Shown here one piece after another: positions 55,101 to 62,684 of a DNA stretch of 64,000 bases. Within the stretch, counting starts at the first letter, position 1; the number at the start of each line of letters is the position of its first letter. The stretch is from contig JBFMFH010000111.1 in the NCBI GenBank assembly GCA_040752275.1, positions 60,015 through 124,014 of the forward strand. The letters run 5' to 3'. The notes under the pieces are model-generated. The model saw only the letters and a list, made by a program, of their open reading frames with translations, did no database searches and was not told the DNA's origin. A program made the position numbers and the translations under genes. The stretch is from Acidobacteriota bacterium (GTDB lineage: Bacteria > Acidobacteriota > Vicinamibacteria > Vicinamibacterales > JAKQTR01).

Positions 55101-56373
55101 TGCCGCGATAGGTGCCGGCGGCGAACAGCGCCACCACCTGGGCAGCCAGCACGAGCGGAAGGGACGTGAGGAAATAGCGAAACATCCCCAGGAACTGCGG
55201 ATCTGGGTACCTCAGGCGGTACGCGAGATAGTACGCGCCGAGCACCAGGCAGGCGTCGAACAGCACCTCCACGGCACGGTACTTGTAGAACGCCTCCGTC
55301 GCGAACGGCGTGATGCGTCGCTGGCTTCGCGGAATGCTGGGCTCGTCCCGCACGCCGAGGCCGGAGAGCACCGCCGCGACAATCGCCGTGACGATCGACG
55401 CCGCAGCAACGACGTGTGCCGCGCAGCTCGCGGCGAACAGCCGGACCCACACGACGACCGCCATCACGAAGGCACCTAACAACCAGAGCACCAGCACCGC
55501 TTCCCGCCGGGACGGCGTGATGCCGAGAACCCGGTGCGGCGCTCGCTCGCGCTGGGCCGCCGGGAGGCGTCCGACGCTGGCCCTCCAGAATGTGTGCAGC
55601 CCGGAGTCGACCACGGGGATCAGGAGCACGGCGAGGATGGGCAGCAGCACCACCGGGAGGAGGTGCAGCCGGCCACCCGCCGGGTTCGGCAGTCCCTCCG
55701 GCGACGCTCCGGGCTCCAGCACGAGCACGGCGAGATTCAGGCCGAGGAATAGCCCTCCGCTGTCGCCCAGGAAGATCGAGGCAGGGTGGGTGTTGTAGAC
55801 CAGGAGACCCGCCACGGCGCCCAGCAGGATTGCGGCGTGACGCAAGGTCACGAAGTCCCGCGTTCCCGGGCTCGCAGCGGACAGCAGGATCATCGTCCCC
55901 GCACACACGGAGAACGTGACGCCTCCGCAGAGACCGTCCATGCTGTCCAGCCTGTTCACGGCATTGGTCACGCCGATGATCCAGAGGACGGTCAGGAAAC
56001 TGTCGAACGTCACGGAGTGCGTCAGCTCCAGACGGTATTGGAAGAGCAGGAAAACCGATGCCAGCGCCACCTGGGCCGCGAGCTTTGTCGTCGGCTGCAG
56101 ACCGAGGGTGTCGTCCGCCAGGCCGACCAGGAAGATCAGGAGGCCGCAGGCGAGCACCGCAGGCTGGCTGCCGGGGCCATTGAACATGGCGGAGCACGCG
56201 AGAACCGCGATGGCCACACCCACGCCGCCAAACAGCGCGGTCGGGGGACGCATCCCGCGGTCGTCAGGATGCTCGACGACAGTGCCGAGCTCCCTGGCAA
56301 CCGCCCGCACGAGGGGCATGAGCGCCATCGAAGCGCCGAAGGAGACCAGGAAGGGCATGAGCCAAGTTGGCAT
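52165..56373 (-). CDS. Large fusion: WecA/MraY-type polyprenyl-phosphate HexNAc-1-P transferase + membrane segment + GT4 glycosyltransferase + DUF2142-like GT-C domain
   Basis: GLADD, NAVNRLDSMDGL, IFLGDSG (PNPT); ITRLNIGGP, HTHTAKAG, SRNEGTPVALIEAMA (GT4); PPWQNPDEPQH and QGRYLFP (DUF2142-like); one uninterrupted frame. Confidence 0.78.
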   Translation of the reverse strand: MPTWLMPFLVSFGASMALMPLVRAVARELGTVVEHPDDRGMRPPTALFGGVGVAIAVLACSAMFNGPGSQPAVLACGLLIFLVGLADDTLGLQPTTKLAAQVALASVFLLFQYRLELTHSVTFDSFLTVLWIIGVTNAVNRLDSMDGLCGGVTFSVCAGTMILLSAASPGTRDFVTLRHAAILLGAVAGLLVYNTHPASIFLGDSGGLFLGLNLAVLVLEPGASPEGLPNPAGGRLHLLPVVLLPILAVLLIPVVDSGLHTFWRASVGRLPAAQRERAPHRVLGITPSRREAVLVLWLLGAFVMAVVVWVRLFAASCAAHVVAAASIVTAIVAAVLSGLGVRDEPSIPRSQRRITPFATEAFYKYRAVEVLFDACLVLGAYYLAYRLRYPDPQFLGMFRYFLTSLPLVLAAQVVALFAAGTYRGRDGLFAQADATTFGKAVLLGVVAAHLAVLYVLRSSDYPRSAFLVYAVLLFLLLKGSRESFRLTSRVVGRRVRSGATRAGEEHGVAQTKSNRRVIRVITRLNIGGPAIQAASLSQRLGPFGYDTLLMHGRLSPGEGDMRYLLAPDARAEAVPTMGRAVSPLQDLRGAWQIFRAMCRFRPDIVHTHTAKAGAIGRLAAVAYNETFGRLKAARLVHTYHGHVFEGYFGSASTSVFIAIERWLAGRTDALVAISPRVEEDLQTYRIARPGQVRVIPLGFDLSPFAAIDDEARGRARLALGIPEGMLVVTTVGRLTEIKQHDLFLEMAAFVATHRPDMLFLIAGDGELRERLETLARELKLGERVRFLGWRSDLTTIYGATDVFVLTSRNEGTPVALIEAMASGVVGVSTDVGGVGDVITSAEVGALAAFGSAPALANAVLDLAASPDRRRSMGERARAAVLSRFHMDRLLRDAAGLYDELLASPHEMAGKMPLEPGTGGAVGRARTQTTATRSAGSSSMRPELRREVVEVDRDRPARTNEYWRGRLRTLLRSPATLVFIIFLCRELLSLAVIPPWQNPDEPQHVAAVLTQSSVSSPAAAAGAQRDIIRSMAKHGWWQYYSRSTPNPLPSGFSDKESDSVVKSVEHGGGRLYYLVLGAVLGWIGPVDAEGALLLLRICSAIAGALTVYCCWMAAEACLEPVSALVVTGMLALLPQFLIVSTTAGPDAFVNLCGAFLWWQAARLLGQQQSFSSVAGVWMAAVLSSGLRRIGALHLPMAAIVSLIAVVVAGRRSVIRALSVSAAVLVAMGIPAAVWLLAPDEVDRVEAAVRAAVLPVGAGLDLSLEFLLRFLKALVDSSWLIAGWLRFPAPRPWLNAMNTLVVVACAGVVFGLFRDRARRPILLVATALAAVQVAGIFGSYFLWHIMAQGRYLFPVLGPLSVLLWIGLSTWWPERHWHIVGVGLLTLLALFDLVGWTTVFLGAYA

Positions 56374-56390
56374 GGGCGTCGTGCCTGTGA

Positions 56391-57122
56391 CTATCGTCGG
56401 AAGAAGAGCCTCGCGAGCTCCTGGCGCAGCCTGGGCCACACCCGCTGGGACTCCATTCGACGAAAGACGGGACTCACTTCGTGGAGGCGATGGAAGTGCT
56501 CGGCGTATGGCACGTCGTCGATCATGATCCCGGCGCCGGCATCGTGGATGATGCCCGGGTCAGCCACGAGGTCGTCGATGCTCGCCAGTCTCCCTGACCG
56601 AGCCCGGAACACGATCCGGTTGGTGATGTCGAGCACCACGACCCGGTCGTCCAGCCGGACGAGCGTCAATTGCACCGCCAGCCGCTTCGGGTTCTTGCCG
56701 ACGCCGACGACGGTGGCCGGCATGCCATCGTAGCTTGCGAGCGCCGCCAGGGCCTCTGCGCGTTGGTCGGGCGCCCCGTAGTGACGCACGAAGATGTGAA
56801 ACACGTGGTCGTCGATCACCGGGAGACCCGGTGGCACCGGATGGATGTTCGCCGTGACCCAGTCGTACATGCGCAGAAGACGCTGTTCCGGGAGTTCGGC
56901 TTCGCCGGCAACCTCGCGGGTCAGGCGTCGCATCTGGAGGTCCCGATCGATGAAGTCGATCATCTTCTCGCCGAGCGTCAACCGCTTCACCGTGACACGG
57001 TAGTCGACCCCGACCGCCGTCGTCACCGGCCAGCAGGCGATCAAGGCCAGGGCGACCGGGACGGCCGCCATCGCCGTCCGCCACAGGACTCGCCGCCGCC
57101 GATCGGAGAGCTTCGGCCCCAT
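56391..57122 (-). CDS. Membrane-anchored transglutaminase-like domain protein (catalytic Cys apparently absent)
   Basis: N-terminal TM; RMYDWVTANI...YGAPDQRAEALAAL..G...VVLD pattern resembles the transglutaminase core. Confidence 0.55.
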   Translation of the reverse strand: MGPKLSDRRRRVLWRTAMAAVPVALALIACWPVTTAVGVDYRVTVKRLTLGEKMIDFIDRDLQMRRLTREVAGEAELPEQRLLRMYDWVTANIHPVPPGLPVIDDHVFHIFVRHYGAPDQRAEALAALASYDGMPATVVGVGKNPKRLAVQLTLVRLDDRVVVLDITNRIVFRARSGRLASIDDLVADPGIIHDAGAGIMIDDVPYAEHFHRLHEVSPVFRRMESQRVWPRLRQELARLFFRR

Positions 57123-57128
57123 CTCGCC

Positions 57129-58436
57129 CTACTTCGTGCTGCGCAATACGGCGAACGCCAGCCACACGAACCGGAAGTTCATGGCATCGACATTCACGCT
57201 GTTGGCGAGCACGCCCACCAGGCCCGCGGTGAACGCTGCGAGGACATCGTCTCGCGATGTTCGCCCCCTCGCGACGTGACGAGCATAGCCCAGGAACCCG
57301 ACCCACAGCGCCGCCAGCCCGGCAGTACCAACCAGCCCCGTCTCGGCCAGCCGCCCCAGCCAGGTCGAATGGGGATCGGTGGCGCGATAGTCACTTGACA
57401 TCCGTCCCTGCTCGACCGCGCGACCGGTCTCTCCGTGGAAGGCGGCGAGTCCGACTCCGGTCCACGGCTCGCGCTGCCACGCCTCGAACGCCAGTTGCTT
57501 GAGGAACCAGTAGCTCATGACGTTGTACGCCACCTCGATCCTCACGCTGGGCACGCCGGGCCGGCCGTCGTCGACCGCATACGGGTAGGGCCGTTGCTCC
57601 ACGCTCAGGTTCCGGGAGGTGGTCATCTCCACGTCCCGCACGGCAAAGACGAGGAGCACGTTGACCGCGGCAACGAGCACGATCGACGACGCCAGCAGTG
57701 TGACGGCCAACAGCCGCCGGCGGCGCTGCCACACCCGCGGCACGATGAGCGCGAACGCCAGCGCTGCTCCCGCGGCCCCGTGTGCGATGGAGAAACACGA
57801 GGCTCCCAGAACCGCGGCGACGGCGCCCATCCACAGCATGCGCTCCCGCGCCGTCGTTGCTCCGTGGGCCTGGATCACCACCAGCGGCGTCGCGAAGGCC
57901 AGGAAGTTGACCAGGTACTCGGGCGACGGGAAGGTACAGTAAAGCCGGTACACCCGGCCGACGTACGGAAGGGGCATGACGACACCCAGCCGAGGGATCG
58001 CAACGCCTGTCAGGAAGAAGATCGCCACCGCAAGAAGACCGACTCCCGCCACCGTTGCCGCAACGGCTGCCAGCCAGCGCGCGACCTGAGATGGCGTGAG
58101 GAACTGCGCCACGAGCACAGCGACGAGGCCGTACACGACGGCCAGGTACGCCTGCTTCGTGAGCCCGATCACACTGGACCCCGGCACGGTGGAGGTCGCG
58201 AGGGACGGCACGGCAGAGCAGAGATAGGCGATCACGAGCACGTCGAGGAACGACAGCCGGAACGGCGGCCTCGCAAGGATCGCGAGCACGAGCAGCGCCG
58301 CGAATAGAACGTCGCACCACTGCATGTTCCACGGCAACGGCGACCAGAAAACGACCGACAAGCAGATGTACGACAGAACCAGGGCCGCAGCCGCTCGGCC
58401 GATGAAGGGCACGGCCTGGGTGCGATCCTCGTTCAC
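57129..58436 (-). CDS. O-antigen ligase / Wzy_C family membrane protein
   Basis: Multiple TM segments, PWTGVGL and PHSTWLGRLAETGLVG (WaaL His motif); GTGA-coupled start. Confidence 0.8.
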   Translation of the reverse strand: MNEDRTQAVPFIGRAAAALVLSYICLSVVFWSPLPWNMQWCDVLFAALLVLAILARPPFRLSFLDVLVIAYLCSAVPSLATSTVPGSSVIGLTKQAYLAVVYGLVAVLVAQFLTPSQVARWLAAVAATVAGVGLLAVAIFFLTGVAIPRLGVVMPLPYVGRVYRLYCTFPSPEYLVNFLAFATPLVVIQAHGATTARERMLWMGAVAAVLGASCFSIAHGAAGAALAFALIVPRVWQRRRRLLAVTLLASSIVLVAAVNVLLVFAVRDVEMTTSRNLSVEQRPYPYAVDDGRPGVPSVRIEVAYNVMSYWFLKQLAFEAWQREPWTGVGLAAFHGETGRAVEQGRMSSDYRATDPHSTWLGRLAETGLVGTAGLAALWVGFLGYARHVARGRTSRDDVLAAFTAGLVGVLANSVNVDAMNFRFVWLAFAVLRSTK

Positions 58437-59128
58437 TTGGTCGCCTTCACGGCCATGTTCAACATCACCGGACCGATAACGCGACCCAGGCGGTCGAGCC
58501 TGCGCAGCACCGGCCAGGTCGGCCGCACGACGGGAGGAAAGAGGTGGAACCCGTCCATCCTCACAATCCGCAGGCCCTGCGCTTTCAGAGCGTGCCGGAG
58601 CTGCCACCACCACACCCAGTTCTCCAGACCCTCGTACGGCCGGAGCTTGAAGACCTCGGCCACGGTTGCCGACCATCGCCAGATCCTGTTCGGCACGGTC
58701 AGCACCAGCGTTCCGCCGATCCTCAGCACGCGGCACATCTCGCGGACCGCCAGCAGCGGATCCTGCGTGTGCTCGATGCACTCCGAGGACACGACGATAT
58801 CGAAGGCCTCTCGTGAAAACGGCAGACGACACGCGTCTCCGGCAATGAGGGTCGCGTAGGACTTCTCGCGGGTCTTCTCAAGCAACCGGATGCTCACGTC
58901 GAGGCCAGTCACGTGTGCCTGGCGGGCTGTCGCGCGCGCGGCGAACCATCCTGTGCCGCAACCGATGTCCAGCAGCGTTTGGCCGGACAGCGCATGCCCA
59001 CCCAGGTACTCATCGAACACCAGAGCCAGCCGGCGATCGCGATCGTACGGGTTCATCACCGCATCGAAGCGGTCGGCAATGGTGTCGTAGAACAGTTCCT
59101 TGGCCGGCCTCGGCTGGATCGCGCCCAT
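58433..59128 (-). CDS. Class I SAM-dependent methyltransferase
   Basis: LLDIGCGTG, FDIVVSSECIEH, RVLRIGG, TVPN. Confidence 0.87.
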   Translation of the reverse strand: MGAIQPRPAKELFYDTIADRFDAVMNPYDRDRRLALVFDEYLGGHALSGQTLLDIGCGTGWFAARATARQAHVTGLDVSIRLLEKTREKSYATLIAGDACRLPFSREAFDIVVSSECIEHTQDPLLAVREMCRVLRIGGTLVLTVPNRIWRWSATVAEVFKLRPYEGLENWVWWWQLRHALKAQGLRIVRMDGFHLFPPVVRPTWPVLRRLDRLGRVIGPVMLNMAVKATK

Positions 59129-59129
59129 G

Positions 59130-59987
59130 TCAGACCGCGCCCCGTGTGCGCGGCCACGCCGCGCAGGTCGCGGCGAGTCCCGCTTCCAACGCTGTCGCCG
59201 GTTCCCAGCCGAGTTCGACACGCGCGCGGAGGGTGTCGGCGACCGAGTACGGAGCGCCCGCGGACAGGTGATCGGGCGGCGTGACCCACTCGGCGGAGAT
59301 CCCGAGCAGCGCGGCGATCATCGCGACCAGGTCCGCCATTCGTGTCCCCTTCCCCGTTCCGATGTTGAACACTCGGAACGTGCCACACGGGTGGATCGCC
59401 GCCGCGACGAACGCATGCGCCACGTCATCGACGAAGACGAAATCCCGCACCGCTTCAGGTGACCGCAGGATCGGCGTGCGTCCCGACACAAGAGCACCGA
59501 TGATGTCCGGGACGACGTAGGGCGGGCGTTGGCCAGGCCCGTACACGTTGAACAGGCGGAGGACCGCGCACTCGATGCCGGATTGCGTCGAGGCTTCCCC
59601 ACACCGCTCCTCGGCCGCCAGCTTGCTCGTGGCGTAGATGGACTCGGGCGACGTCGGCGCATCTTCCTTCAGGGGCCCCGTAACGGCCGGCCGGTAGACG
59701 CCGGCCGTGGAGGCAAAGAGACACCTCGCACGTGCGCGCCGGCAGTAGTCGAGCACGGCCGTGACCGCCGAGACCTCGCCCTCCCGTGCAGCCGACACCT
59801 CTTGGGCGAGCGGCCCGTGTCGCGCGCCGGATGCCAGGTGGATGACTACGTCAGCGGGATCGGTGCAGCGAGTTAGTGTCTCGGCAGGCGCTGCCCACGC
59901 CCGCACATCGTGCCCGAGGGCCCAGAGGATCCGCGTGACCGGACGCCCGATGAACCCGTGGGCGCCCGTGACCAGGACTCGGAGCAC
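59130..59987 (-). CDS. NAD-dependent epimerase/dehydratase
   Basis: VTGAHGFIG, YATSK, RLFNVYGPGQ, RDFVFVDD. Confidence 0.87.
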   Translation of the reverse strand: MLRVLVTGAHGFIGRPVTRILWALGHDVRAWAAPAETLTRCTDPADVVIHLASGARHGPLAQEVSAAREGEVSAVTAVLDYCRRARARCLFASTAGVYRPAVTGPLKEDAPTSPESIYATSKLAAEERCGEASTQSGIECAVLRLFNVYGPGQRPPYVVPDIIGALVSGRTPILRSPEAVRDFVFVDDVAHAFVAAAIHPCGTFRVFNIGTGKGTRMADLVAMIAALLGISAEWVTPPDHLSAGAPYSVADTLRARVELGWEPATALEAGLAATCAAWPRTRGAV

Positions 59988-59992
59988 GACGA

Positions 59993-60988
59993 TTAGCGTC
60001 CGACACCCAGCCCAAGCCGCCACAAGGCCGAGTCAGGCGAGTGCAGCACGTCCAGGTAGTCTCTGTACCAGGCGATCGTGCGCCCGAGGCCCGTGTCGAG
60101 GTCGGTCCTTGGTGCCCAACTAAGCACCTGACGGGCTTTCGTGCTGTCCGCGCACATCCGGGGAATCTCGCCATCCCGGTCGGGGAGGCCACCGACCCGG
60201 ATCGTCGTGGTGCTGCCGCAGAGATCGCGGATGCGGTGCACCAGGTCCCGAATCGAGATTTCCTCCCCGGATCCGACGTTGAAGGTCTGGCCTTCGATGC
60301 CCGCCATCGTCCCCACGGCCACAAACGCGTCCACGAGGTTCTCGACGTAGTTGAAGTCGCGGGTCTGCGTGGCGCTCGTCGTGACCAGTTCGTCCCCGCG
60401 GAGACACGTGATGATGGTCTCGGCCACGACTGCCCGCGCACTCTGGTAGGGCCCGAAGGCATTGAACGGTCTCAGGACGACGACCGGCCGGCGAAGCGAA
60501 CGCCACTTCAACCTGGCGAACAGCTCCCCGCCATACTTGCCCACCGCGTACGGCGACAGCGGGGCTGGAGTCATCTCCTCATGAAACGGCACGTTCGTCT
60601 GGTACCCGTACACTTCGGACGTCGACACGTAGACGAAGCGTTCGTAGTCCTCATAGGCTTCGAGGAGATTCGCCGAGCCCTTCGCGTTCGAATCGAGGGC
60701 CTCGGCCACGTGCAGGAAGCTGTCGCCGACGTGGTTGTAGGCCGCCAGATGATAGATGAGCTCCGGCGCCAGTGTCCGGATCTGGTTCAATGAATCGGGG
60801 TTTCTGAGGTCGGCTTCGAGCGTCCGTACGTCTCGCCAGACTGGAGCCAGGCGGATCGCGTCGACCACTGAGTTGTACTTCAGCTGGACGGTGACGTCGG
60901 CCCTTTCTGCAAGCAGCCGCCTCACAAGGTGCGACCCGATGAAGCCGGCCCCACCCGTGACGAGCACCCGTTTCCTGCGAAGGCTCAT
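59993..60988 (-). CDS. NDP-sugar 4,6-dehydratase-like extended SDR
   Basis: VTGGAGFIGSH, STSEVYG, SPYAVGK, RPFNAFGP, TRDFNYV. Confidence 0.87.
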   Translation of the reverse strand: MSLRRKRVLVTGGAGFIGSHLVRRLLAERADVTVQLKYNSVVDAIRLAPVWRDVRTLEADLRNPDSLNQIRTLAPELIYHLAAYNHVGDSFLHVAEALDSNAKGSANLLEAYEDYERFVYVSTSEVYGYQTNVPFHEEMTPAPLSPYAVGKYGGELFARLKWRSLRRPVVVLRPFNAFGPYQSARAVVAETIITCLRGDELVTTSATQTRDFNYVENLVDAFVAVGTMAGIEGQTFNVGSGEEISIRDLVHRIRDLCGSTTTIRVGGLPDRDGEIPRMCADSTKARQVLSWAPRTDLDTGLGRTIAWYRDYLDVLHSPDSALWRLGLGVGR

Positions 60989-61698
60989 AGGGGCTTTCGC
61001 TCCGTCTGCGTGAAGAACGAGACCATCTCGAGCTCGGCCTGATCCACGTCACGCTGGGTGTTGAACGTGATCTGTGGGCCCGCGTACGGGTGGGCCCGAA
61101 CGCGCCGCGCGGCAACCAGCCGCTGAATCAGGGTGACCAATCCCTCGCCGTCCGGCGCCCGCAGGAGGTCTTCATCGACGTGGTCGAGCACGGTCCGCTC
61201 GAGGAGCAGATGGCCGACGAAGTACGGCAGCACCGGCTTCTCGCGAAACGAGAGGAGCCAGTGATCGTGGTCGGTCTCGAGGAGTCCGAAGGGGCTTCGC
61301 ACCTGCGCCACGGTCAGGGTCAGCGCCGCCTTGGATGCCAGATGCTCGGCGAGCATGTCCGGCAGCCGCACGTCGACCAGCGTGTCGCCGTACGCCACCC
61401 ACGCCCGCTCACCCATCAGGTGCCTGACGCGGTGGAGGCGTTCCAGCATGCTCGCGTCCGCTCCGGCATCATCCCACTCGAAGGCCGCCTGCGGCAGGTG
61501 CTTCGTGCAGAAGTCGACGATCCTGTCACCAAGGTACCCGACGCACAGGACGAACTCCCGGTGGCCCTTCGCCAGGTATCCTTCTACGATGTGCTGCAGG
61601 CAGGGCTTGCCGGCCAGCGGGATGAGTGCCTTGGGGATGTGGTCACCCATCACTCCCAGGCGCGTGCCCTTTCCGCCGCAGAGAATGATGGTCTTCAA
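60985..61698 (-). CDS. Sugar-1-phosphate nucleotidyltransferase (glucose-1-P cytidylyltransferase-like)
   Basis: IILCGGKGTRL..PKAL, YGD, FREKP; TTG start overlaps the upstream stop. Confidence 0.85.
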   Translation of the reverse strand: MKTIILCGGKGTRLGVMGDHIPKALIPLAGKPCLQHIVEGYLAKGHREFVLCVGYLGDRIVDFCTKHLPQAAFEWDDAGADASMLERLHRVRHLMGERAWVAYGDTLVDVRLPDMLAEHLASKAALTLTVAQVRSPFGLLETDHDHWLLSFREKPVLPYFVGHLLLERTVLDHVDEDLLRAPDGEGLVTLIQRLVAARRVRAHPYAGPQITFNTQRDVDQAELEMVSFFTQTERKPL

Positions 61699-62684
61699 CG
61701 AGACGCTCGTCGAGGCAGGGACGCTTCACGAACGATGAACTCGGGGCGCCCTTTCGTCTGCTCGAAGATGCGTCCCACATACTCGCTCAGGACGCCGATC
61801 GCGATGAGCTGCACGCCGGAGAGGAACAGGATCGACACGCTCACCGTCGCCCAGCCCGGCGGCAGCCACACCCGGGCGCCGGCCATGTTGAGGAGTCCCA
61901 TCACGACCGTCGCGATCCCGTAGACGAACGACAGGAACGCCACGAGGCAGCCCATCGCGAGCGACCACCGCAGCGGCAGCAGCGAGAAGGCCATGATGCC
62001 GTCGACGGCGAAGGACGACAGCGATCGGAACGAGAACTTCGACACCCCCGCATGGCGCGACGAGGGGTCGTAGTCCACTCCGGTCTGGCGGAACCCTGCC
62101 CACTCGACCAGGCCGCGCAGGAACTTCCGCGCCTCGGGCATGTCAAGGAGCACGTCGACGACCTTGCGGTCGAGCAATCTGAAATCCGACTGGCCGAACG
62201 ATAACCGAAGGCCCGACAGCTTCGAGAGCAGCCAGTAGAACGCCCTGACCTGCTGCAATCGCAACCCGCTCACGGGGTACCGGCGCTTTCGCGTGTAGAC
62301 AACCTCATAGCCCTGCTGCCAGAGCCGAATCATCTCGGGCAACAGGGCCGGCGGGTGTTGAAGATCGGCGTCCATCGTGATCGCAGCGGCCCCGCGAGCG
62401 TGGCTCAGACCCGCGATGAGTGCTCCCTGATGGCCGAAGTTCCGGCTCAGGGACACGTAGTGGGCGCGATGGTCGGCCTGGCACAGGCGCTTCATGATGG
62501 CCAGGGACTCGTCGGCGCAGCCGTTGTCCACGAAGATCAACTCGAATGCCAGGCCCGTCCCCTCCAGCGCGGCCGTTACGTCGCGGTACAGCACGTCGAG
62601 GTTCTCGGCCTCGTCGTAGACTGGGAACACGACCGAGATGGACGGTGCGCCGCTGTCCGTCCTGTCCGTGCCGGTCAGATCCAT
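61695..62684 (-). CDS. GT2 undecaprenyl-phosphate glycosyltransferase (GtrB/ArnC-like)
   Basis: LSRNFGHQ, MDADLQHPP, DFRLLDRKVV, FLRGL, two C-terminal TM segments, EYVGRIF..KGRP. Confidence 0.9.
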   Translation of the reverse strand: MDLTGTDRTDSGAPSISVVFPVYDEAENLDVLYRDVTAALEGTGLAFELIFVDNGCADESLAIMKRLCQADHRAHYVSLSRNFGHQGALIAGLSHARGAAAITMDADLQHPPALLPEMIRLWQQGYEVVYTRKRRYPVSGLRLQQVRAFYWLLSKLSGLRLSFGQSDFRLLDRKVVDVLLDMPEARKFLRGLVEWAGFRQTGVDYDPSSRHAGVSKFSFRSLSSFAVDGIMAFSLLPLRWSLAMGCLVAFLSFVYGIATVVMGLLNMAGARVWLPPGWATVSVSILFLSGVQLIAIGVLSEYVGRIFEQTKGRPEFIVREASLPRRASR

